Assembly (NCBI GenBank): GCA_016212695.1 | Contig: JACREX010000147.1 | Coordinates: 1 to 58,858, forward strand | Length of the DNA stretch: 58,858 nucleotides | DNA from: Bacteroidia bacterium | GTDB taxonomy: Bacteria; Bacteroidota; Bacteroidia; Bacteroidales; GWF2-35-48 | Direction of reading: 5' to 3' | Shown here: in pieces, positions 18,861-28,526 of the stretch | Layout of the letters: every line of letters begins with the position of its first letter | Position numbering within the stretch: position 1 is the stretch's first letter | Program-made: the position numbers and the translations under genes | Notes under the pieces: model-generated | The model's input: the letters and a program-made list of their open reading frames with translations, nothing else | Told to the model about the DNA's origin: nothing | Databases searched by the model: none

Positions 18861-21800
18861 AATATTTCCCGGTTATTGTTATCAATGCTTTAATGTCTAT
18901 AGGCTTTGATAAATATTCATCACAACCGGCAGCAACACATTTCTCTTTATCTTCAGCCATGGCATACGCCGTCTGGGCAATTACCGGCAGGTCTTTGCGG
19001 AATCCCTTAATGATTTTTGTGGCTTCAAACCCGTTCATAACAGGCATCTGTATATCCATCAAAACGATATTGATGTGTTTGTTTTTCTGGCAGAGATCAA
19101 TGGCTTCCTGTCCGTTTTCCGCCCGCAATATCTGTGCATTGGTTTTTTTCAGGAGCACCTTTAAGTATTGAAAATTCACATGGTCGTCTTCCACGATCAG
19201 TATCGTTTTATTTTTCCAGTCGGGTTCTTTCGGAATATCCTGTTTCTCTTCCCCTGTATTTTTTGAAGAAACAGAGAGCGGCCTGTAGGGCAGATAAAAA
19301 GAAAATTTTGAGCCGGCTCCGGTTTCTGATTCCAGCATCATATAGCCACCCATGAGTTTGACAAGGCTTTCTGAAATGGCGAGGCCCAGTCCTGTTCCTC
19401 CGTAATGTTTGGTGGTGCTGTCGTCTGCCTGGCGGAAACGGTCAAAAATTATTGCCTGTTTTTCTTTAGAAATCCCAATGCCGGTGTCTTCAACATAAAA
19501 ACACAGCATATCGTTTTCAAGGGTATATCCGAATTCGATAAACCCTTTTTCAGTAAATTTAACGGCATTACCGATAAGGTTTGTAAATATCTGTTTTAAC
19601 CGGAAATCATCCATGAAAACAAAACTTTCTTTGTGAGATAAGGAAGTGCGCGCCCTGAGTGAAACGTCCTTTTTTTCTTTAAACGTAATATCCGACTCGA
19701 AGATGCTGTAAAGTTCAAGGACGATAGCATTTAAAGAACATTCGATATTGTTTATTTTGATCTGCCCGGCTTCGATTTTGGAGATGTCTATAATATCGTT
19801 GATAATATTTAACAGGTCTTTTCCCCGTTTGCTGATGATATCAATGAATTCGTTCCGCTTATAAGCAGACAGCCCTTCGTCTTTGAGCAATTCGGTGAAC
19901 CCGAGAATGGCATTCATCGGCGTACGGATTTCGTGCGACATGTTTGCAAGGAACGCCGTTTTCAGGCTGTCTGATTCCAATGCCCGTTCTTTTGAGCGGA
20001 CGATTTCTTCATTTCTGATCTGTTGCGCGATAGCGCCGCCAATCGAATTTGCTAAGTTCTTCAACAGGTTTTCTTCTGCCGTAGTCCATTTCCTGTATTT
20101 TGAATCATCCGAAAAACTGATGAATCCCCAGAATTTATTTTCTATGAAAACAGGAATGAGCAGGATAGATAAAATATTTTTTCTTTCAAGAAATTGCTGT
20201 TCTTTAAACGGCATGTCCTTTGAAAGTCCTTTAATGATTTCGCCTGAATCAAGTATGGTCCACCATCTGTCGAGGCCGTTTTCAGCATAGGAGATATTTT
20301 TATAGTTGGGATTATCTGTTATAAAAGAAGTAAGAGTCCATTCGAATTTCTGGTTGATCATTTTGTGCTTTTTCCCATCCTCATGATTTTTGAAAATACA
20401 GATATACGTTATTCCAAGCGTCTTTCCAATAATATCAAGAGACTTAAAAATGGCATCATGAAACTGTTCTTCGGTGAGCAATATTCCGGCTGCCTGGTTA
20501 ATGCCTTTTAATAGCCTGTCGGTAGAAATAAGGTGTTGTTCGGTAAGTTTCCGTTCGGTAATATCCTGTATAATGCCGTAAATTACGTCTTTCTCGAATA
20601 ATTTGGCATGAACTTCCATATACCGGATTTCTCCGGATGCATATTTTATTCTGTACTCAAAGGGTTCCCGGGGCGAGCTTTTTTCATTCAGGTTTGTTGC
20701 AGCCTGGAATTGTTTTAATATGACCGGGATATCGTCGCCGACAATAAATTTTTCAGCATATTCAAACAACGACATGGTGACGGGCCTGGCGCTTATGGTA
20801 TCTATGCCGAGCAGCAACTGGTGTTCTTTGCTCAGGGTTATTTCTCTTTTGATAATATCAAGTTGCCAACTGCCGATTTTTGCAATCTGGTAAACTTCGC
20901 CGAGCTTCCGTTCGTTCTCTTTTATTTTTTGTTCGTTTTTCAGCCGGGCGGTAATATCCCGGATGGTGGCAATAATGAATTTTTCTCCTTTAATAGGGAG
21001 AGCCTTCAAAATAATTTCCGTATCTATCAGCGTATTGTCTTTCTTTTTATGTTTCCAGTAAAAATACTGAGGTTCAACATTCAGCGCCGCCTGTATTTTC
21101 TCATTAGCCGCCTCTGTTGATTTTCTTCCGTCCGGTTGAAATATCGGCGACAGATCGGCAGGATGCCTGCCTATAATATCTTCGCGGCTGCATCCGAAAA
21201 TTTCACAGGATGCGTTATTGCAATCAAATATATTTTCTTTGAGAATAAAATAACCTTCCGTAGAACTTTCAAATAAAATATGATATTTTCCTTCGCTTTC
21301 AAAAAGTTTCTCATTTACCTTTTGAATATTGATATTGCGTGAATGCAGCTCTTCGTTGATAGACCGGAATACTTCGTTCTGCGAAGCGATCTCCTGCGTT
21401 TTTTCCAAGAGTTTGTGTTCGCCCCATTGTATTTTGAGTTCGTGAAGTTTTATTTTCGTAATATCGTCGAAAAGCGCAACCACATGTCCGTTTTCCGGGC
21501 AAAAAAGCGACAGGTAGAGCCATTTGTTCAACACCTCGGAATAGACCTCTGTTTTTTGGGACAACCCGGTTACAGCGGTTTCCCCGAGCAGGCCGATCCA
21601 GTTAAATTTATCTTCTCTGATTCCAGGCAGCACCTCCGTAATGTTTTTCCCGATAATTTCTTTTTTGCCAGACCCGATGAGTTTTTCAAAGTTTTCGTTA
21701 ATCTCAATAAACATTAAATCAACAGGTGATTGCTTGCCGTCCGTAATAACCTTCAGGTGAGAGAAGGGAAGTGATAAATGTTCTATAAATAGACTATATT

Positions 21801-21900
21801 TCTGCCGGTATAGGGTTTCTGCAGATTTCAACGCCTTGATTTTTTCTTCCATGTCGGAAATTTTTTTCAGGTGCATTTCATTTTTTTTATCAGCAGCCAT
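18850..21900 (-). CDS. Hybrid sensor histidine kinase (PAS x3, GAF, HisKA, HATPase, REC), no TM segment
   Basis: FLANMSHEIRTPMNAI, NLIGNAVKFT, DTGIG, GGTGLGLAI, LMDIQMPVMNG; ATG start at 21900; 11-bp convergent overlap with rnhB. Confidence 0.92.
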   Translation of the reverse strand: MAADKKNEMHLKKISDMEEKIKALKSAETLYRQKYSLFIEHLSLPFSHLKVITDGKQSPVDLMFIEINENFEKLIGSGKKEIIGKNITEVLPGIREDKFNWIGLLGETAVTGLSQKTEVYSEVLNKWLYLSLFCPENGHVVALFDDITKIKLHELKIQWGEHKLLEKTQEIASQNEVFRSINEELHSRNINIQKVNEKLFESEGKYHILFESSTEGYFILKENIFDCNNASCEIFGCSREDIIGRHPADLSPIFQPDGRKSTEAANEKIQAALNVEPQYFYWKHKKKDNTLIDTEIILKALPIKGEKFIIATIRDITARLKNEQKIKENERKLGEVYQIAKIGSWQLDIIKREITLSKEHQLLLGIDTISARPVTMSLFEYAEKFIVGDDIPVILKQFQAATNLNEKSSPREPFEYRIKYASGEIRYMEVHAKLFEKDVIYGIIQDITERKLTEQHLISTDRLLKGINQAAGILLTEEQFHDAIFKSLDIIGKTLGITYICIFKNHEDGKKHKMINQKFEWTLTSFITDNPNYKNISYAENGLDRWWTILDSGEIIKGLSKDMPFKEQQFLERKNILSILLIPVFIENKFWGFISFSDDSKYRKWTTAEENLLKNLANSIGGAIAQQIRNEEIVRSKERALESDSLKTAFLANMSHEIRTPMNAILGFTELLKDEGLSAYKRNEFIDIISKRGKDLLNIINDIIDISKIEAGQIKINNIECSLNAIVLELYSIFESDITFKEKKDVSLRARTSLSHKESFVFMDDFRLKQIFTNLIGNAVKFTEKGFIEFGYTLENDMLCFYVEDTGIGISKEKQAIIFDRFRQADDSTTKHYGGTGLGLAISESLVKLMGGYMMLESETGAGSKFSFYLPYRPLSVSSKNTGEEKQDIPKEPDWKNKTILIVEDDHVNFQYLKVLLKKTNAQILRAENGQEAIDLCQKNKHINIVLMDIQMPVMNGFEATKIIKGFRKDLPVIAQTAYAMAEDKEKCVAAGCDEYLSKPIDIKALITITGKYFKN

Positions 21901-21928
21901 CCTTTTAAAATCAAAAGAGATAAACACT

Positions 21929-22075
21929 TAAAGTTTGTCTATAAACCGTAATTTTGAAAATCTGCATTTGCCCCAAACCCTGAAGGGAGTGCAGATTTTC
22001 AATGACTTTCCCTTTAGGAATCAAGGGCAAAAAAGTCATTGAAACTATTTTTAGCGAATTTATGGACAGACACTA
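21929..22075. mobile_element. MITE-like element with ~17-bp imperfect TIRs and two internal hairpins
   Basis: TAAAGTTTGTCTATAAA ... TTTATGGACAGACACTA; stems TGAAAATCTGCA/TGCAGATTTTCA and TTCAATGACTTT/AAAGTCATTGAA. Confidence 0.7.
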
Positions 22076-22175
22076 CATAGTAGTGAATAAAAACAAAAAT
22101 AAGCGATTATCCTGAAATAATTCATTATTTGCCGGAATTTTTATTAATACACAATATTAGCAGTTCTGCAGACGA

Positions 22176-22348
22176 GATACTCCCGACAAGTCGAGGCAGG
22201 AATTTATACATTTTGTAATCGGTGTTCGGTTATCGGTTATCGGTAGTTTCTCTTGACTACTGATTACCGCTTACTGATTACTGATTACTGATTACCGGCA
22301 CCTGATTACCCTTTGTAATATGTATTATTTTATACCAATCTGAGTATA
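22176..22348. mobile_element. TATACT-ended MITE-like element, copy B (cargo GGTTATC/CTGATTA heptamers; REP inserted in the left end)
   Basis: gATACTc[ccgacaagtcga]ggcaggaatttatacattttg ... atgtattattttataccaatctgAGTATA. Confidence 0.62.
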
Positions 22349-22440
22349 ACCTGATGATACGGGGATATTTTTTTGACGGAACAGATTAATCTTTTAATTT
22401 TGAGATCTAACAAAAAGGCATATTGCTGAATAGTGTATTC

Positions 22441-23307
22441 ATGAAGCGTATTGTTTATTTTATATTTTTATTTACGGTTTACTGGTTTAAAATAACGCCG
22501 TTTCGTGTTTTATATCTCCTGTCCGGAATTTTATACTTTGCCCTTTATTATATCGTACGGTACAGGAAAGAAATTGTTATTTCAAATCTGCGTTGTGCAT
22601 TTCCTGATAAAACGCCAGATGAAATTATGTTGACCGCCAAAAGATTTTACAGGCATCTGGGCGACATTACCCTTGAAAGCATAAAAGGATATACTCTCGG
22701 CCGGTCTGCGGTACTGAAACGCTATACCGTAGCAAATCCGGAAATATTAGAAAAATATTATCATGCCAGTAAAAATATTATCTGCCTTGCAAGCCATTAC
22801 GGAAACTGGGAATGGGGAGTTCTTGCCGTTGCCCCTCAGGTAAAATATACTATGGTTTCCCTTTATAAACCCTTATCGAATCTGTTTGTTGAAAAATTTA
22901 TTGCGGCAAAGCGTGCCGGTTCCGGAATGAAAATGGTTTCGATATATGATACAAAAAAGTCGTTTGAATTGGTAACAGAAAATCCCACCGGCTTTATAAT
23001 GGCTGCAGATCAATGCCCCTCGAATATTGAAAAAGCTATATGGGTGCGATTCCTTGATAAAGATACAGCCTGCCTGCATGGCGCAGAATATTACACAAAG
23101 AAATATAACATGCCGGTTCTCTTTTTTGACGTTCAAAAACGCAAGCGGGGGAATTATATCCTTACTATTAAAGAAGTCTATAAAGATCCCGTGAATGCAC
23201 AAAATGGCGAAGTCACAGCAGCGTACATGAAATTGCTGGAACAAAGCATCCGGGAGCGGCCGGAATACTGGCTCTGGTCGCATAAAAGATGGAAACATTC
23301 CAGATAA
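22441..23307 (+). CDS. Lipid A late acyltransferase (LpxL/HtrB-like lysophospholipid acyltransferase)
   Basis: HYGNWE, ADQ.P and WLWSHKRWK motifs. Confidence 0.9.
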   Translation: MKRIVYFIFLFTVYWFKITPFRVLYLLSGILYFALYYIVRYRKEIVISNLRCAFPDKTPDEIMLTAKRFYRHLGDITLESIKGYTLGRSAVLKRYTVANPEILEKYYHASKNIICLASHYGNWEWGVLAVAPQVKYTMVSLYKPLSNLFVEKFIAAKRAGSGMKMVSIYDTKKSFELVTENPTGFIMAADQCPSNIEKAIWVRFLDKDTACLHGAEYYTKKYNMPVLFFDVQKRKRGNYILTIKEVYKDPVNAQNGEVTAAYMKLLEQSIRERPEYWLWSHKRWKHSR

Positions 23308-23348
23308 AAAAAACATAAAATAATTTACTGGGGAAAGTATATTGTATC

Positions 23349-23909
23349 ATGGATTTTATCACAATTTTTCTTATTTCCGTAGGCTTGTGTTTTGATACCT
23401 TCGCTGTTTCCATTTCCATCGGGCTGATGAAAAAAAAAATCCGTTTTTTCCCGGCAACCCGTATCGCCTTTTCTTTCGCATTCTTTCAGGCCCTGATGCC
23501 TCTGCTTGGCTGGGCTATCGGTATACGGGTGAAAGAATTTGTTTCAGAAATCGATCACTGGCTGGCTTTTATCCTATTGGCTTTGATTGGCGGAAAAATG
23601 ATATATGAAAGCTTAAAAAAAGATCATGAAAAGAAAAATTTTGATCCTTTAAATCTATGGGCGCTTATTGGAATGTCTGTTGCAACCAGCATAGACGCTT
23701 TTATTATTGGCATCAGTTTTGGTTTTATTAATGTCAACATCATTTTTCCCATTATCGTTATAGGATGCGTTACTTTTTTTGTGGCCATGCTGGGAATACT
23801 TTTCGGTAAAAAAACAGGAGGCGTTTTCGGAAAAAAAATGGAAATCATCGGGGGACTGATTCTTTTTGGGATCGGGTTGAAAATACTGATTGAGCATTTA
23901 TATTTTTAG
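23349..23909 (+). CDS. mntP: Manganese efflux pump MntP family
   Basis: Duplicated DTFAVS / ATSIDAF motifs, DHWLAF, six TM segments. Confidence 0.9.
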   Translation: MDFITIFLISVGLCFDTFAVSISIGLMKKKIRFFPATRIAFSFAFFQALMPLLGWAIGIRVKEFVSEIDHWLAFILLALIGGKMIYESLKKDHEKKNFDPLNLWALIGMSVATSIDAFIIGISFGFINVNIIFPIIVIGCVTFFVAMLGILFGKKTGGVFGKKMEIIGGLILFGIGLKILIEHLYF

Positions 23910-23953
23910 CTAAAAATAATGCACATTAAAAATGCAATTTATCCGTTCATAGT

Positions 23954-24193
23954 TATATTGCAACCGGGATAAATTAGTACATTTTGAAAAGGTCGTTGGT
24001 TTACCTGCTTGCCGCAGGCAAGTAGTCAGAGCGGCTAGTTTGGTTTTAGGTTAAAGGTCTTGAGTAAGTACCATTATCCACCTGCCTGCCGGTAGGCAAG
24101 GTTGACTTTTAACCAAACCGGTTGCCCAAACCAAAAACAAAAGACTAATTTTTATAGTTAAAGAAAGTAAGGTTTTAAACCGTTTTAAGTATA
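23954..24193. mobile_element. TATACT-ended MITE-like element, copy C (cargo GGTT/AACC arrays plus two CCTGC REP palindromes)
   Basis: TATATTGCAACCGGGATAAATTAGTACATTTTGAAAAG ... TTTTAAACCGTTTTAAGTATA; left end homologous to that at 17999. Confidence 0.7.
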
Positions 24194-24194
24194 T

Positions 24195-25601
24195 ATGAGC
24201 AAATGTAAACTAATAGTTTTAATGATTTTCATTATCTGCGGCCCGGTGTCATTCTCCCAGAATGTTACTGTTTCCGGTACAGACAAAGAATGGTCAGGGA
24301 AAGAACTTCTCTTTTATACATATTCTGACCAGATCACTTATATTCCGGATACTTTGTGCAGATGTAAAATCAATACTGCCGGAGATTTTTCATGTTCTTT
24401 TATCCTGCACGAAACAAAACCCGTCTATGTTTTGCTGGGGAAATACATAGGCGTATTATATGCCGAACCCGATAAAACCTACCAAATACAATTTCCTGAA
24501 AATAAAGAAAAAACAAAAGCAGAGTTGCTGAATCCCTATTTTGAAGAAGAACAGATTTACCTGGATATTGAGAATGCCACAAAAAATGAACTGAATAATC
24601 TCATCAGAAGGTTTGACAGAATGTATAATGATTATACCAGTTCACGGTTTTATGAGATATATAAGTTTGCTAAGCATTCAGGGGTTGATTCTGTAATTAC
24701 ATTTATGGATACAACGGTTGCTTTTAAGGAAAATAAATATTTCGATAACTATAAAAAATACAAATTTGCTCATCTCCGGTATTTTGCTTACATCCGGCAT
24801 GAGAATGTACTTACTAAGGAATATTACAGAAACCAGCCGATTTTATATAACAACACAGCATATATGAACCTGTTCAACCAGGCCTATGACAATTACTTTA
24901 AATATTATGCCAAAACGCCCGAAGGTGCGAACCTGCCGATAAATATTGCCAAATCAAAAAGTGTTAGAGAGATTAAAAAAACGCTTTCGAAAAATATGGC
25001 GCTTGATAATGACGACCTGAAAGAATTCGTTATTTTAAAAGGCCTGCACGATGCTTACTTTTCCCATGATTATAAAGAAAGCGTTTTACTGCAGACCCTT
25101 GATTCCTTATGCCTGCAAACGGCAAACCCCGAGCATAAAAAAATCGGAGAAAACATCAGGAAAAAGATTTTGCAATCCGTAACCGGCAGTTTTACCCCGT
25201 CATTTGAGTTGTATGGTACGGACAGCGCGCTCTATCGTTTATCGGATTTCAGGGGTAAATATGTTTATCTCTGTTTCTGCAATACCCTGAGTTATGCCTG
25301 CAGGGAAGAATTTGAACTGCAGAAAAAAATGTTTGAAAAGAACGACCCTACCCTTGAATTTATAACCATCTTCACGGATGAGGATACGAAAAAAATAAAG
25401 GATTATGTTAAAAAGAACGGGTATAAGTGGCTCACTCTTTCTTCAGGCAGTCATCCCCAGATTACTAAAGAATACAATGCAAAAGTATCGCCATCATACT
25501 ATCTCATAGACCCCAATGGAAAGCTGATCGTATCTCCGGCAAAGACCATGAAAGAAGGATTCGAGGAATTTTACCACAAATCGTTTAAAGAAAAACCATA
25601 G
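24195..25601 (+). CDS. Secreted TlpA/redoxin (thioredoxin-fold) family protein, SxxC variant
   Basis: Signal peptide; C-terminal LSDFRGKYVYLCFCNTLSYAC and PSYYLIDPNGK. Confidence 0.8.
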   Translation: MSKCKLIVLMIFIICGPVSFSQNVTVSGTDKEWSGKELLFYTYSDQITYIPDTLCRCKINTAGDFSCSFILHETKPVYVLLGKYIGVLYAEPDKTYQIQFPENKEKTKAELLNPYFEEEQIYLDIENATKNELNNLIRRFDRMYNDYTSSRFYEIYKFAKHSGVDSVITFMDTTVAFKENKYFDNYKKYKFAHLRYFAYIRHENVLTKEYYRNQPILYNNTAYMNLFNQAYDNYFKYYAKTPEGANLPINIAKSKSVREIKKTLSKNMALDNDDLKEFVILKGLHDAYFSHDYKESVLLQTLDSLCLQTANPEHKKIGENIRKKILQSVTGSFTPSFELYGTDSALYRLSDFRGKYVYLCFCNTLSYACREEFELQKKMFEKNDPTLEFITIFTDEDTKKIKDYVKKNGYKWLTLSSGSHPQITKEYNAKVSPSYYLIDPNGKLIVSPAKTMKEGFEEFYHKSFKEKP

Positions 25602-25602
25602 T

Positions 25603-25634
25603 TATACTATGAATGGGTTAAATTATTACATTTT
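25603..25634. repeat. Solo left end of the TATACT-family element
   Basis: TATACTATGAATGGGTTAAATTATTACATTTT aligns with the left ends at 17999 and 23954. Confidence 0.55.
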
Positions 25635-25662
25635 ATTTTAAGGGATCCTGTTTCTGGTATAT

Positions 25663-26853
25663 TTATGCCATAACCCGGTGAATCCCGGAATTGCATAATG
25701 TTTTTAAAATTTTTACCGGATATTTGAAGCGGTTTGTTAATATCATGGCGGCAATGATGTAGGGTTTATATCCTGCCTCGATATAGGTTTCGATCCTGTA
25801 TTTTTCAAATATTTTTGCCGACACTTCGCCTTCTCTGCATGAAACATCGGTGATATCTGCCGGCAGACAATGCATATACAGCGCTTTGCCTCTTTTAGTA
25901 ATCTTCATCTTTTTTTCATCGCATTCCCAGTTTTTAAATTTTGCATTATTTGCAAGGCACTGTTTTTCGAGATCTTTTAACCCTTCTTTATCTCCGGCCT
26001 GCAATAACTTGGTTCTTTTTTGCATCACGCTGTATGGAGCCCAGCTCTTGGGATACACAATGTCTGCATTCTTGAAAGCCTCCTCCATACTGTTGGATAC
26101 TTTGAATTTTCCGCCGCTGGCCTTTGCATTTTTCTTTGCTGTTTCAACAACATCCGGAATCAATGAGTATCCTTCGGGATAAGCTAATTCCACTTCCATT
26201 CCAAAGCGGGTCATCAGTCCAATAATACCCTGCGGAACAGAGAGAGGTTTTCCATAACTTGGCGAATATGCCCAGGTCATGGTGATTTTTTTCCCTTTTA
26301 ATTTATCGAGCCCGCCGAAATAATTTTTCAGGTGCAGCAGGTCGGCCATGGATTGTGTGGGGTGGTCAATATCGCATTGTAAATTAACAATACCGGGCCG
26401 TTGAGCGAGGACGCCCTTTTTGTACCCTTCGTTCAGCGCTTCTCCGACTTCGAGCATATAGGTATGGCCGGCGCCCAGGAACATATCGTCGCGGATGCCG
26501 ATAATATCGGTCATGAACGAAATCATGTTTGCCGTTTCACGAACTGTTTCGCCGTGTGCAATCTGCGATTTTGCTTCATCCAGATCCTGTACTTCGAGAC
26601 CTAATAAATTGCAGGCGCTTGCAAACGAAAAACGGGTGCGGGTGGAGTTATCCCTGAAATTTGAAATAGCCAGGCCGCTGTCGAAACATTTTGCTGAAAT
26701 ATTATGGTCTCTTAACTGTTTCAACGCTTCTGCAACATAGAGAACAAGCTCAAGTTCATTTCTTGATTTATCCCAGGTGAGTAAAAAATCTTTCCCATAA
26801 AGGTTCGCTTTTGTGGATTTAACCTTTTTTAAAAGAGCAGAAAAATTATTCAT
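25663..26853 (-). CDS. ygeW: Knotted carbamoyltransferase YgeW
   Basis: FRDNSTRTRFSFASA, NLQCDIDHPTQ, WAYSPSYGKPLSVPQG, YMHCLPADI. Confidence 0.93.
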   Translation of the reverse strand: MNNFSALLKKVKSTKANLYGKDFLLTWDKSRNELELVLYVAEALKQLRDHNISAKCFDSGLAISNFRDNSTRTRFSFASACNLLGLEVQDLDEAKSQIAHGETVRETANMISFMTDIIGIRDDMFLGAGHTYMLEVGEALNEGYKKGVLAQRPGIVNLQCDIDHPTQSMADLLHLKNYFGGLDKLKGKKITMTWAYSPSYGKPLSVPQGIIGLMTRFGMEVELAYPEGYSLIPDVVETAKKNAKASGGKFKVSNSMEEAFKNADIVYPKSWAPYSVMQKRTKLLQAGDKEGLKDLEKQCLANNAKFKNWECDEKKMKITKRGKALYMHCLPADITDVSCREGEVSAKIFEKYRIETYIEAGYKPYIIAAMILTNRFKYPVKILKTLCNSGIHRVMA

Positions 26854-26884
26854 AAATTATATTTAAAATTATACGAAAGAAAGA

Positions 26885-28072
26885 CTAAATTAAATACGCA
26901 TATGCTGCATAAAATGCGGATGCTGCAACCAAATCGCTCACCGGAACTTTTTCATCCGGGGCATGAGCCAGCACTTCGTTGCCTGGACCAAACCCGATAG
27001 TCGGGATTTTATGAATACCATTGGTTGCAATACCGTTTGTGGAGAATGTCCATTTATCTACTTTAGGTTTTTTGTTAAACAGACCTTCAAAGGCTTTTAC
27101 ACCCGTCTGCACAGCGTGTTCTGACTCTTCGATTTTCCAGGTGGGGTAATATTTTTCCATGCCATAGCGCAACCCGGTGTAAGCTACTTCATCGTAATAA
27201 AGAACTTCAACCGTTGCATCCATGCCCTTTATTATTTCTTGTATTTCTGCCACTGCAGACTCTTTGGTTTCGCCCCATGTCAACCGTCTGTCGAGATGAA
27301 ACTGTGCATAATCGGCAACAGCGCACAATGAAGGGCTGCCCGATTTTATTTCAGAAATGGTAACGGTTCCTTTGCCAAGAAATTCATCAGATTTTAACCG
27401 TTCGTTTAATTTTTCAATTTCAAGAGCTGCCCGTGCTGCCATGTAGATTGCATTTTTACCTCTCTCCGGCGCGCTTCCATGACATGATACTCCTTTGAAT
27501 TTTACTACGATCTCCATTCTGCCTCTGTGTCCCCTGTAAATATTAAGGTTTGTAGGTTCTGTGCTGATCACAAAATCAGGTTTCAGTTTTTCTTCTTCAA
27601 TAAGATAATTCCAGCAAAGGCCATCGCAGTCTTCTTCCATTACTGTTCCGGTTACATATATTGTTACATCACGGTCAAAGCCCATTTCTTTAAGAATTCT
27701 TCCGGCAGTAACCGCAGCAGCCGGTCCGCCTTCCTGGTCAACGGTTCCGCGTCCTAAAACAAATCCCTCTTTAATGTCGCCGCAGAAAGGATCGAATGTC
27801 CAGTTTGCAATATTGCCAACATCCACTGTATCCATGTGGCCATCAATAGCAAGAATTTTTTTGCCATTGCCAATTCTTCCGATAACATTACCCAGTCCGT
27901 CGATGCCCACTTCGTCAAAGCCTGCCTCTTCCATCTGTCTTTTCAGTTCAAGTTGAACATCCCGCTCCTGCAAACTCACTGATTTTATCTTTACAAGTTT
28001 TGATAAATTCTGTGCTGTGTAATCTTTATATTTTTCTGCAAGGGTATTGATCTTTTGAAAAATTTCAGTCAT
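26885..28072 (-). CDS. ygeY: YgeY-family M20 metallohydrolase
   Basis: DGHMDTVD, GRGTVDQEGG, EEDCDG, YRGHRGRME, DKWTFSTNG; start refined to MTEIFQK; adjacent to ygeW. Confidence 0.9.
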   Translation of the reverse strand: MTEIFQKINTLAEKYKDYTAQNLSKLVKIKSVSLQERDVQLELKRQMEEAGFDEVGIDGLGNVIGRIGNGKKILAIDGHMDTVDVGNIANWTFDPFCGDIKEGFVLGRGTVDQEGGPAAAVTAGRILKEMGFDRDVTIYVTGTVMEEDCDGLCWNYLIEEEKLKPDFVISTEPTNLNIYRGHRGRMEIVVKFKGVSCHGSAPERGKNAIYMAARAALEIEKLNERLKSDEFLGKGTVTISEIKSGSPSLCAVADYAQFHLDRRLTWGETKESAVAEIQEIIKGMDATVEVLYYDEVAYTGLRYGMEKYYPTWKIEESEHAVQTGVKAFEGLFNKKPKVDKWTFSTNGIATNGIHKIPTIGFGPGNEVLAHAPDEKVPVSDLVAASAFYAAYAYLI

Positions 28073-28089
28073 AATATTTATAGTATTTC

Positions 28090-28243
28090 GGGCGTGTAAA
28101 AAATTAAAGTTTACTTTTACATTAATTATGAATATCGAACCGTAGAATTTTGAAGTAATATCACACTTCGGCATTCATTATTCAGTGTTCATTATTCGAT
28201 ATTTTTAAGTTTAAAATGACAATGTTATTTCTAAACAAATACT
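28090..28243. mobile_element. MITE-like element with inverted GAATATC/TTATTC heptamer arrays, copy 1
   Basis: GGGCGTGTAAAAAATTAAAGTTTAC...TTAATTATGAATATCGAA...TTATTCGATATT...TTTAAAATGACAAT; homologous to 58719-58858. Confidence 0.7.
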
Positions 28244-28373
28244 TATAACGTAAGAATTTCTGATCCTGTTTGTTTTATAAAAACAAAAATAATGAAATTT
28301 TTATAAACCGAAAGTTGAAGGCTATACATGGCTCGATTTCTAAATAAAAGTTTAAAAAAATTAAAAATGTATT

Positions 28374-28521
28374 GTCTGAAATCCCGGCACTGGCGCCATT
28401 TTGCACACTTCTATCATCAGCATACTTGCCTGCTGCCTGCCTGCCGGTAGGCAAGCAAGCAGGTATGCGTAGCATTAGCTTTATCAATCCCTGCAAAAAT
28501 GCGGCTTGCACGATTAGGTGT
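28374..28521. repeat. attC-like site 1 (degenerate ends) with nested REP
   Basis: Arms cattttgca/tgcaaaaatg; 28413-28514 is 100/102 identical to 30000-30101; lies a few bp from the ALDH stop. Confidence 0.65.
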
Positions 28522-28526
28522 TCGTA

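Noticed and set aside
23308-23348. yybP-ykoY Mn riboswitch before mntP
   Set aside because: Only 41 bp of AT-rich spacer, with no recognisable aptamer.
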